A stretch of DNA of 64,000 nt from contig JANQHR010000117.1 in assembly GCA_028282585.1 (NCBI GenBank), positions 1 through 64,000 on the forward strand. The letters run 5' to 3'. Below are positions 1-8,620 of this stretch, piece by piece (the first letter of the stretch is position 1; every line of letters begins with the position of its first letter). The stretch is from Bacteroidales bacterium (lineage in GTDB: Bacteria > Bacteroidota > Bacteroidia > Bacteroidales > UBA12077). The position numbers and the translations under genes are program-made. Below the pieces are notes generated by a model. The model ran no database searches. It saw only the letters and a program-made list of their open reading frames with translations, and was not told the DNA's origin.

Positions 1-20
1 GTATTTTTTACTTTGAGTAA

Positions 21-124
21 CTTTGTGTCTTCTTTGTGATTCTCTGTGCAACAGCCTTTTATAATTATACCACAAAGTTTCACGAAGCAGGCACAAAGAG
101 CACTAAGACTTTTTGGACATCCCC
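21..124. repeat. Degenerate palindromic CTTTGTG/CACAAAG intergenic repeat
   Basis: CTTTGTGTCTTCTTTGTG...ACCACAAAG...GGCACAAAG, followed by ACTTTTTGGACATCCCC; similar CTTTGCG/CGCAAAG palindromes at ~23341 and ~38980. Confidence 0.5.
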
Positions 125-349
125 TTTTTACTTTCCGATAACTATTTGAGAAATCAAGACAAGGCTTTCTTGACCAAAGCTTTGTTAACATATAGTGCAG
201 TTAGCTCAAAGGGGCAACATTTGGACACATTAAATTGTTAATACTTTAGTTTGATTAATTCTTGAAAAATGGGTTGAACTATGAATATTACGAAGATTTT
301 ACAATATGGGACAACACATCCCCAAAAATTAAAACTTGAATGAGCTAAC

Positions 350-883
350 ATGCCTAATATAGTATTTATTGCAATAAGCCTGGATGGGTACATTTCTGAT
401 AAAAATGGGGGACTAGATTGGTTACAGTCGGTTCCTAACCCTGAGAATAATGATATGGGATATGCGAATTTCATTGAGCGCATTGATGCAATTGTGATGG
501 GACGGAACACTTTTGAGACAGTTTGTAATTTCGATATTGACTGGCCATATGAAAGGCCTGTTTTTGTACTAAGCACCACTTTAAATACAATTCAAGAAAA
601 ATATAAAGAAAAAGCCGAATTGATAAATGGTTCTCCTGCGGATATCCTATATGAATTAAATCAAAGAGGATATTACCGACTTTATATAGATGGAGGTACA
701 ACAATACAAAGTTTTCTTAAAGAGGATTTAATTGATGAATTAATAATCACAACAATCCCTATTTTGCTGGGCGGGGGAAGCAGATTATTTGCTGATTTAC
801 CAAAAGAACTAAAATTTGAGCTTATAGGAACTGAAGTCCTTTTAAATAAGATTATTCAGAGTCATTACAAGCGAAAGAGATGA
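350..883 (+). CDS. Dihydrofolate reductase/RibD C-terminal domain protein
   Basis: FIAISLDGYI, VMGRNTFE, YIDGG, IPILLGGG motifs. Confidence 0.9.
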   Translation: MPNIVFIAISLDGYISDKNGGLDWLQSVPNPENNDMGYANFIERIDAIVMGRNTFETVCNFDIDWPYERPVFVLSTTLNTIQEKYKEKAELINGSPADILYELNQRGYYRLYIDGGTTIQSFLKEDLIDELIITTIPILLGGGSRLFADLPKELKFELIGTEVLLNKIIQSHYKRKR

Positions 884-1070
884 TAAAATATAAATAATCA
901 ACCTTAAGATTGATAAAAATGCGACATATTCATGCAAACTTTGCTAAACAATTGGTTAATGGTAATATTCGATAATATAAAGACAAAACAAGAATATGAA
1001 TGGGATTTTATATGTTAATTGATTTTACTCATAACGAAATAGTGATAAAAATCTTAAAACAATAACAGAT

Positions 1071-1529
1071 ATGCCTGACAAAATTATTACAGTTAGCACT
1101 ATTCTTAGTTGCCCGATTGATAGTGCGTTTAATTATTTTGCTGACAACAATTTGTTAACAAAATGGCTTACAGTTAAAGCTGATGTTGAAATGAAAGAAG
1201 GAGGTAAGTATGAATTGTTTTGGACACCAGAGGACCCGGACTTGACAAATAACTCGACACTTGGTTGTAAAGTTTTGGCTGTCGATCGCCCTTATTATTT
1301 TAATATTGAATGGAAAGGAAATGCAGAACAAAAAAAATTCATGAACAATGTTGAGCCTTTGACAAACGTAACCGTTTTGTTTTCGCAACTTGATATGTTA
1401 AAAACAAAAGTGACTCTAATTCATACAGGATGGAGACAGGATGATAAATGGGAAAAAGGAAGACAATATTTTTTTAATGCTTGGATAAGTGCTTTTGAAC
1501 AACTGGAAAGTATTGTAAATAGAACTTGA
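1071..1529 (+). CDS. SRPBCC/AHSA1 domain protein
   Basis: 152 aa; LTKWL...EGGKY, TKVTLIHTGW, C-terminal W-containing helix. Confidence 0.85.
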   Translation: MPDKIITVSTILSCPIDSAFNYFADNNLLTKWLTVKADVEMKEGGKYELFWTPEDPDLTNNSTLGCKVLAVDRPYYFNIEWKGNAEQKKFMNNVEPLTNVTVLFSQLDMLKTKVTLIHTGWRQDDKWEKGRQYFFNAWISAFEQLESIVNRT

Positions 1530-1803
1530 AATAAATAAGGTGTAAAATACTTGTTCAAATTATACGAAAGGTTTTGTGCTTTATTGACTAAGTTTTATAT
1601 TAGCGAAGTTTTCAACAATGGATCGTTTAACCTGTGTTGAGGCTAAAGTAGGCCTTAAAATAAGTTGAAACACATATTAAACTTAACACAGCAACATTGT
1701 TGTATATTTTAAAGAACTATAGAATTGAATAATTGCAGTAAAAAACAGGCAAAACTACTTAAGTTTCTGATTGTTAACTGTTAAGTATTAATAGCTTAAG
1801 AAT

Positions 1804-2577
1804 ATGGAAATATTAATCATTTGTATAGCGGCTTTTGTAACTGCACTATTAACGTTCTTTTCGGGGTTTGGATTAGGTACAATACTTACTCCGGTATTTA
1901 TGATTTTTTTTCCAGTTGATTTGTCTATTGCCTTAACGGGAATTGTCCATTTTTTTAATAATATTTTTAAAATTTTCCTGGTAGGTAAAAACGCTAAAAA
2001 AAATGTACTTATAAGATTTGGAATTCCTGCCGTATTAGCTTCTTTTTTAGGAGCCTACCTGCTTCTTCAAATACCTGATAGCAATCCTTTATTTTCTTAT
2101 CAAATATTCCATAGAAAATTTGAAGTGTTCCCTGTAAAATTCATTATATCTATATTGTTGATATTCTTCGCGTTAATGGATCTGTTTCCAATTCTCAAAA
2201 AAATGAAGTTTAATAAAAGTTATTTATCAATAGGCGGAGTTTTAAGTGGTTTTTTTGGGGGATTCTCTGGAAATCAAGGTGCTTTTCGGAGTGCATTTCT
2301 TATAAAGTTGGGTTTATCCAAGGAAGCATTCGTTGGTACAGCTGTAGTAATTTCTTCTGCAGTTGATTTTACTCGTTTGGGAGTATATGCCACACGATTT
2401 ACCAAATCGGGTTTAATAGATAATCTAAATATTGTTGGATTTGCAGTGATATCTGCAATTACAGGAGCCTACCTGGGTAATAAACTTCTTAAAAAAGTAA
2501 CTATTAATTCAATACAACTTATTGTTGCAGTTATGCTGATAATAATTTCAATTGGTTTAGGCTCAGGTATTATATAA
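1804..2577 (+). CDS. TauE/SafE (TSUP) family transporter
   Basis: Two FFSGFG/FFGGFSG repeats, about 8 hydrophobic segments. Confidence 0.85.
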   Translation: MEILIICIAAFVTALLTFFSGFGLGTILTPVFMIFFPVDLSIALTGIVHFFNNIFKIFLVGKNAKKNVLIRFGIPAVLASFLGAYLLLQIPDSNPLFSYQIFHRKFEVFPVKFIISILLIFFALMDLFPILKKMKFNKSYLSIGGVLSGFFGGFSGNQGAFRSAFLIKLGLSKEAFVGTAVVISSAVDFTRLGVYATRFTKSGLIDNLNIVGFAVISAITGAYLGNKLLKKVTINSIQLIVAVMLIIISIGLGSGII

Positions 2578-2681
2578 TAAGTAAATGTAAGTATGAAAAT
2601 TATTTCAATTAAGAACTGTTTGTGTAAATTCAATTTAAGATATTATACCCAAACATTTTATTAATTAAAGTGTTTTTTTTA

Positions 2682-2689
2682 TAGGTTTG
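2682..2689 (+). promoter_or_regulatory. Bacteroidota -7 promoter element
   Basis: TAGGTTTG fits TAnnTTTG, about 35 nt before the ATG at 2725. Confidence 0.5.
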
Positions 2690-2724
2690 TGAAGTGAGTA
2701 AAGTAAATATTTAATTTTAAAAAA

Positions 2725-3819
2725 ATGTCAATAAAATCAATTCTTAATAAAGTTTCTAGAGCATCAATTGTGTTATTTATACTTGTGGTATTTCTTTTAT
2801 CACTTGATTTAATGGGCGGAGGTTTTAAGTTAATGAGTAAATCCTTTGTTCAAGATGTTTTTAAGATTACAAGCAACCCAATAGTGTCATTATTTATTGG
2901 GTTGTTTGCTACAGCAATAATGCAAAGTAGTTCCACTTCAACTTCAATAATTGTTACGCTGGTTGCCTCCGGTACTTTATCATTGAATAATGCTGTACCC
3001 ATGATAATGGGTGCAAATATAGGAACAAGTGTAACAAGCACAATTGTGGCAATTGGTCATATACATAAAAAAGATGAGTTTAAGAATGCTATAAGCGCTG
3101 CAACTGTGCATGATTTTTTTAATATTATGGTGGTATTAGTTTTATTGCCTTTCGAATTAATGACCGGTTATTTAAGTTCTGCTGCTACTTATCTGGCCTC
3201 GTTAATACCTGTTTACGATAGTTCAAGAGATGGTTTTAGCCTGATGGGTGAAACAATTAAACCTTTATCTGCTTCCATTATATCATTACTCAATAAGAAT
3301 ATAATTTTGGTGTTATTATTGGCTATATTGTTACTAATTAGTTCACTTAGAGGATTCTCAAAGGTGCTTAAAAGATATTTGATAGGAAAATCACAGAAAG
3401 TAATTGATACATACATATTTGGTCATCCTCTTAAATCGCTATTTTGGGGAACGGTTATAACTGCAGGAGTTCAGTCAAGTTCGGTAACGGCATCCTTAAC
3501 GGTTCCTTTTGTTGCTTCTAAACGGGCAACTTTGGAGAAAGTGTTTCCTTTTCTTATGGGTGCCAATGTAGGTACTACTTTTACTGCGTTAATTGCTGCA
3601 TTGTCACAGAGTGAAATTGCCTTAGCTATTGCATTCTGTCATTTATTGTTTAACCTTATCGGAGTATTTTTGTTCTTTCCTCTTAAATTTTTCCGAAACA
3701 TACCGGTGTGGGTTGCTGATAATCTGGGTAACTTATCGCATAAAAACAGAACAGTAGGTATTATGTATGTTGTAATACTTTTTTTCCTGGTGCCTTTTCT
3801 ATTTATTTTTTTAACTTAA
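2725..3819 (+). CDS. Na+/phosphate cotransporter family protein
   Basis: Two QSSS motifs and two GANIGT/GANVGT motifs. Confidence 0.9.
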   Translation: MSIKSILNKVSRASIVLFILVVFLLSLDLMGGGFKLMSKSFVQDVFKITSNPIVSLFIGLFATAIMQSSSTSTSIIVTLVASGTLSLNNAVPMIMGANIGTSVTSTIVAIGHIHKKDEFKNAISAATVHDFFNIMVVLVLLPFELMTGYLSSAATYLASLIPVYDSSRDGFSLMGETIKPLSASIISLLNKNIILVLLLAILLLISSLRGFSKVLKRYLIGKSQKVIDTYIFGHPLKSLFWGTVITAGVQSSSVTASLTVPFVASKRATLEKVFPFLMGANVGTTFTALIAALSQSEIALAIAFCHLLFNLIGVFLFFPLKFFRNIPVWVADNLGNLSHKNRTVGIMYVVILFFLVPFLFIFLT

Positions 3820-3928
3820 TTCCAGAGCCTTCGGGAAACAATTGCATTTTTTGTAGTGTAAGGTTACTTAAGGAGTTGATTTAAAATTTATATGATTCGT
3901 AAAACGATATTGCTCAATTTTGAAATAA

Positions 3929-4456
3929 ATGAAACCATTTGAATTATTAGAAACACAAAGAACTATTATTCGAAGGCTTCAAGATAATGATAAAGATGAA
4001 CTAATTGAATTGCTGAGCGATAAGTCGGTCACTGATAATATGGCTTTCCCTGAAGAAATATTAACAAAAGAGGGTATTATCAATCTGATGGAAATGACCA
4101 TTAGTTCTTATGATTCGGAACAACCATTATTATCTTTCGCTGTTGCAGAGAATAAAAACAATAAACTTATAGGAGTAACCGGGTTTAGACCTATTGAAAA
4201 TAAAGAAATTGAAATCTTTTATGCTCTTCTGCCAAAGTATTGGAATAAAGGATTAGCAACAGAGATACTGGCAAGCTTATCGGAATATGTATTGACCAAA
4301 ACAGATTACATAACGATTGTGGCACCTATTACGCAACGCAATATTGCGTCTGTCAAAGTAGCAGAAAAAAATGGATTTCTTAATTGTGGAGCTAAAGAAA
4401 ATCCAAATTACAAGGATCTGATTTTTATATTTAAAAAATCCAAATCTTTGACATAA
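3929..4456 (+). CDS. GNAT N-acetyltransferase (RimJ/RimL-like)
   Basis: LETQRTIIR start, YWNKGLATE, NIASVKVAEKNGF. Confidence 0.9.
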   Translation: MKPFELLETQRTIIRRLQDNDKDELIELLSDKSVTDNMAFPEEILTKEGIINLMEMTISSYDSEQPLLSFAVAENKNNKLIGVTGFRPIENKEIEIFYALLPKYWNKGLATEILASLSEYVLTKTDYITIVAPITQRNIASVKVAEKNGFLNCGAKENPNYKDLIFIFKKSKSLT

Positions 4457-4661
4457 CATCGGATACTTGTAAAGCAAGGCTTTGCAGTTTAAGTTAACAG
4501 ATAACTCTGAAAAATTAAAATTTCCGATAAATATCTTCCTACATACTCTCAACAGTTTTTAATCTAACTTTTTTATCAATCAGATTTGTCGAAACAATTT
4601 CAAAAATCCTGGTCTGGTATGAAGCGGTTTTGCTATGGAAAACTAAAAACATTTTTTAAAT

Positions 4662-5705
4662 TTGGATTCATCAAATAAAGTTTACGTGCAAATTTGGCAA
4701 ATCTTTATATTAATCTTTTGTGGTATATGTGTTTTTAATGCATTAATTTTTATTATATATAGCTTTATAGCTGACAGTCAACAAGCTTATAAATCTATTT
4801 TCATACAATTCATCCTGATAGCTTTTATATTACAAATTACAGGCACAATGCCAATGTTATTTGAGTTGAACTATCCTTTTATTGTACACAATATGTATGT
4901 AGTTGGCATATTGGTTCAAGGACCCATAATGTATTTGTTTTTAAAGAAATCATTGTCTCCGCAGCTAAAAATATGGCCAAAGCAGTTTATTATACATATA
5001 TTACCTTATTTAATATTCAATATTCAAAAATTTAATTTTCCTGATATAGGAGTTAGAGAACGTATATTTCTGATATTAGCACCTATTCAAATTTTGGTAT
5101 ATACTTTATTATGCATAAGGCTTTATCTTGATGTAAGAAGGTTATATTTAAACAAACAGAAGCAATATTATCTATTATATCATCTATATCCCTTTTTCGC
5201 AATTTTGTGGATGGTATTTCCATTAGCAGGTTTAACAAAAGTTAATGATCTTGTTTACGAAAGCATATTTTATTCACTCTTTATATATTATCTGTTGTTT
5301 TTGAAAATAAAAGAACCAAAATTAGAAACAGATAAATATAAGTCCACTGGAATTAATAATTCACAGTCCTTAGATATTTATAAAAAGGTAATTCAAAAAA
5401 TAAAAGAAAATAAATACCACCTTGATCCTAATCTTACATTAACTCTATTGGCAAAAAAGGTATACGTTCCTGTAAATGTTTTATCTCAGGTTATCAATCA
5501 AAATGCCCATTCAAATTTTAGAGATTTTATAAATTCATTTCGAATTGAAGAAGCACAAATTCAGATAGATTTAAAAGTAAAAAAAGGATTTACTATTGCA
5601 AGTGTAGCTTATGATTGTGGATTTAATAGTTTATCAGCTTTTAATAGAGCCTTTAAGAAAGTTGCCGGGCAAACACCATCAGAGTACATTAAGTCAATAA
5701 ATTAA
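4662..5705 (+). CDS. Membrane-bound AraC-family regulator
   Basis: Multi-TM N-terminus; C-terminal FRDFINSFRIEEA...CGFNSLSAFNRAFKK...TPSEY; TTG start is uncertain. Confidence 0.85.
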   Translation: MDSSNKVYVQIWQIFILIFCGICVFNALIFIIYSFIADSQQAYKSIFIQFILIAFILQITGTMPMLFELNYPFIVHNMYVVGILVQGPIMYLFLKKSLSPQLKIWPKQFIIHILPYLIFNIQKFNFPDIGVRERIFLILAPIQILVYTLLCIRLYLDVRRLYLNKQKQYYLLYHLYPFFAILWMVFPLAGLTKVNDLVYESIFYSLFIYYLLFLKIKEPKLETDKYKSTGINNSQSLDIYKKVIQKIKENKYHLDPNLTLTLLAKKVYVPVNVLSQVINQNAHSNFRDFINSFRIEEAQIQIDLKVKKGFTIASVAYDCGFNSLSAFNRAFKKVAGQTPSEYIKSIN

Positions 5706-5890
5706 ATAACAGCTCTCGCCTGACCAAATTATACTGCGATAAGAGCAAAGGATACTTTGCAGATATTTATATTGATCAATTTCATTGATTTGTAGGTAAT
5801 CAATTTTATAGACTTAAAAATAGTGTTGTGTTAAGTTTAACTACACTGAGCTAAAATTGAATCTTAACTAAAATCAATTTAATTAAAAAT

Positions 5891-6052
5891 ATGGATTATT
5901 CTTTAATGATTAATGGACTAGCCTTTACTTGCCCTTATAAAGAGGGATCAAGAAACTGTTCGAGATGCAAGGTTAGAAAATTAAATAACTCTGAAGAAAT
6001 GGTAGATTTTATAAATTCTTTGAATGGAACGAATAGTGCGATATTTATATAA
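5891..6052 (+). CDS. Small Cys-containing hypothetical ORF (53 aa), possibly truncated
   Basis: Manual translation MDYSLMINGLAFTCPYKEGSRNCSRCKVRKL...; below the ORF-track cut-off. Confidence 0.35.
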   Translation: MDYSLMINGLAFTCPYKEGSRNCSRCKVRKLNNSEEMVDFINSLNGTNSAIFI

Positions 6053-6103
6053 AACATAAATATTAAATTATTAAAGAAGAAACGTGAAATTAAAAATAGA
6101 ATT

Positions 6104-6802
6104 ATGAGGTTAAAACTAATCACTCTTACCTTAATAGCGTTTATGAATCAATTCACGTATGCTTTTGGACAGGAAATATTTAAAAAATATAGCTCAAAAG
6201 ATACACTGGTAAGTAATATTGAAAACTTGATAAAGGAATTTGATAGCTTTATAAAAGAGAAAGGTGTAAATCCTCCGTATGTTCCATCTTTTGAGATTAA
6301 AACGACTAATTCGTTGATATATTGGGATAATTATAAAAAAGAAATCGTTTTACCGTTTTGGGACGAGTTATATCCTGAGCAAAAAGAGGTGTTTACTAAT
6401 TGGCAGGGAGAAAATGCTGAGCAATTTTTCACAGCCATGTTCAACTGGTTTTTTATACCACATGAATTAGGGCATTTCATTACATCCTTAAATTCAGATA
6501 ATAAGTTAAAGCCTTATAAGAGTGAATGGGTTGCAAACGAGTTTGCTGTTGCATTTTTAATTTCGCAGAAAGAAAATCATAGGAAAATTGAGTTTATTGA
6601 AAACTGGTTGGAAGAAGTGTTAAACCTGCTACCTGAAGTTGATTTGGGCGATATGACTGAAGAAGAATACTTTAATGCCAACTACGATGGATTAGGAGTA
6701 GATCCAAACGTATATGCATATTTTCAGTTTAAAATTATATTAGATATACTTAAAACACGTGATGAAATTAAAATTCAAGATTATTTAAATAGCGTTAAAT
6801 AA
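6104..6802 (+). CDS. Exported hypothetical protein with HEXXH zinc-peptidase-like motif
   Basis: Signal peptide ending AFG-Q; PHELGH followed by SEWVANEFA. Confidence 0.75.
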   Translation: MRLKLITLTLIAFMNQFTYAFGQEIFKKYSSKDTLVSNIENLIKEFDSFIKEKGVNPPYVPSFEIKTTNSLIYWDNYKKEIVLPFWDELYPEQKEVFTNWQGENAEQFFTAMFNWFFIPHELGHFITSLNSDNKLKPYKSEWVANEFAVAFLISQKENHRKIEFIENWLEEVLNLLPEVDLGDMTEEEYFNANYDGLGVDPNVYAYFQFKIILDILKTRDEIKIQDYLNSVK

Positions 6803-6869
6803 GCCTATCTATTAATCTCTTACTTCTGGAATTTCATCCATATAAATTTGATGTTTCTGCATCTTTATT

Positions 6870-6899
6870 AAAAACCAGATTTGTAATCCGGTTTTTTTT
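6870..6899 (+). terminator. Putative intrinsic terminator
   Basis: AAAAACCAGATT-TGT-AATCCGGTTTTT hairpin plus T-run. Confidence 0.5.
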
Positions 6900-7000
6900 A
6901 TTTAGTTAAATGTTTTGTAACAAAACAAGCTTTATTTCTTATTTGCTTTTTACAAAAATTGCCTTACATTTAATTTTCTATTAACTTAACTTATATTAAC

Positions 7001-7855
7001 ATGAAAATCCTTAAACTCTTTTTTATATTAGCTATAGCATTTACGGTTTCGTGCTCCGATAATTCTAAAACTGATTTTAGCCTTGGGGAAATAGATAGCT
7101 ACGAAGCTGAAAGTGAAATAATGGCAGTTGCAGAGCGTTCTGCTGTTGGAGCACAAACAGAAATAACAAATCAGCAAGTTAGTTATATAAAGGATAAAAA
7201 AATAATTAAGGATGCTAACATAGGCGTTAAGGTTGATGATTATAATTCTTACAGGCCAACACTTGATTCCTCTATTTACAAGCTAAACGGATACATCTCA
7301 AACGAAAATCTGGAAAAAAACGATTACAATATACAATGTTATATATCAATTCGATTGCCGGCAAATGATTTTGAAACCTTTTTGTCATTTTTAGAAGAAG
7401 GGCCGGTTAAACTTTTATATAAGAATGTTTCCGCACGCGATGTTACGGAAGAATTTATCGATATCGAGGCAAGATTAAAAACCAAAAAGGAAGTTGAAAA
7501 AAGATATATTGAGTTACTTTCAAAAGCGAGAAACATTAAGGAAATATTGGAAGTAGAGGAAAAGTTGCGAATTATTCGTGAGGAGATTGAAGCTAGAGAG
7601 GGAAGGTTAAAATACTTGAAAAACCAGGTTGCATTTAGTACTGTTCACCTGCAAATTACTCAAGATCTTGACTATAAATATGAGCCAATTAAAGAGAAAA
7701 GTTTCTTGCAAAGACTTTGGAAATCTATCCATAGTGGCTGGAAAGGGTTTATTGGTTTTTTGCTTTTTATGGTAAGAATATGGCCTGTTATCTTGATTGG
7801 TATTGCCACATTTTACTATATTCGTAAATTAAGTAGAAAAAAAAGAAAAAAATAA
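7001..7855 (+). CDS. DUF4349-like lipoprotein
   Basis: Lipobox TVSC; DVTEEFIDIEARL coiled coil; C-terminal TM. Confidence 0.85.
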   Translation: MKILKLFFILAIAFTVSCSDNSKTDFSLGEIDSYEAESEIMAVAERSAVGAQTEITNQQVSYIKDKKIIKDANIGVKVDDYNSYRPTLDSSIYKLNGYISNENLEKNDYNIQCYISIRLPANDFETFLSFLEEGPVKLLYKNVSARDVTEEFIDIEARLKTKKEVEKRYIELLSKARNIKEILEVEEKLRIIREEIEAREGRLKYLKNQVAFSTVHLQITQDLDYKYEPIKEKSFLQRLWKSIHSGWKGFIGFLLFMVRIWPVILIGIATFYYIRKLSRKKRKK

Positions 7856-7872
7856 CCTAAAATTTTAAAAAT

Positions 7873-8565
7873 ATGGAATCAAACAGAAATCTTGGAAGAG
7901 CAATAATAGGAATTGTTCTGATATTGATAGGTATTGCATTTATTGGCCGAACATTCGATTTTTTCCCAAATAAAGTAGAACGTTTTGTATTTTCATGGGA
8001 AATGATTTTAATTGTTTTGGGCGTTATATTTATATCAACGCGTGAAAATAAAACCACAGGATGGATATTGCTTTTAATTGGTATGATATTCCTGTTACCC
8101 GATATTGTCCACGTACCTTACCCTTTTAGAAGATTATTCTGGCCAATTGCTTTAATTGCTGTTGGTTTATTTATTATTTTCAGAGCTAGTGGAACCAGAG
8201 GAATAGTTGCAGGTGGTAATACGGTAGATTATTTGGACGATGTTGCTATTTTGGGTGGAGGAAATAAGGTTATTACATCTGAGAATTTTAAGGGAGGAAA
8301 AATTACTGCAATATTTGGTGGATCGAAAATTGATTTAACAAAAGCTAATTTGGCTCCCGGTCAAAACGTAATCGATATTTTCTGTTTATTTGGTGGTTCG
8401 GATATTATCGTTCCTGAAAATTGGAATGTAAAAATAGATGTGGTTTCTATATTAGGAGGTTTTTCTGATAAAAGATATATTAAGCCTGATGCTACTATGG
8501 ATGTAGGAAAAGAAATTGTAATTAAAGGATTTGTGATGTTTGGGGGTGGAGATTTGAAAAGTTAA
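7873..8565 (+). CDS. LiaF/DUF2154-like membrane protein
   Basis: Four N-terminal TMs, then repeated (I/L)FGG/LGG beta motifs and IVPENWNV. Confidence 0.85.
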   Translation: MESNRNLGRAIIGIVLILIGIAFIGRTFDFFPNKVERFVFSWEMILIVLGVIFISTRENKTTGWILLLIGMIFLLPDIVHVPYPFRRLFWPIALIAVGLFIIFRASGTRGIVAGGNTVDYLDDVAILGGGNKVITSENFKGGKITAIFGGSKIDLTKANLAPGQNVIDIFCLFGGSDIIVPENWNVKIDVVSILGGFSDKRYIKPDATMDVGKEIVIKGFVMFGGGDLKS

Positions 8566-8584
8566 TACAGATCTTAAATAAAGG

Positions 8585-8610
8585 AGAAGGTTGCAATTTT
8601 GCAACCTTCT
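8585..8610. terminator. Bidirectional terminator between convergent genes
   Basis: AGAAGGTTGCAA-TT-TTGCAACCTTCT perfect inverted repeat. Confidence 0.8.
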
Positions 8611-8620
8611 TTGTTTTATA

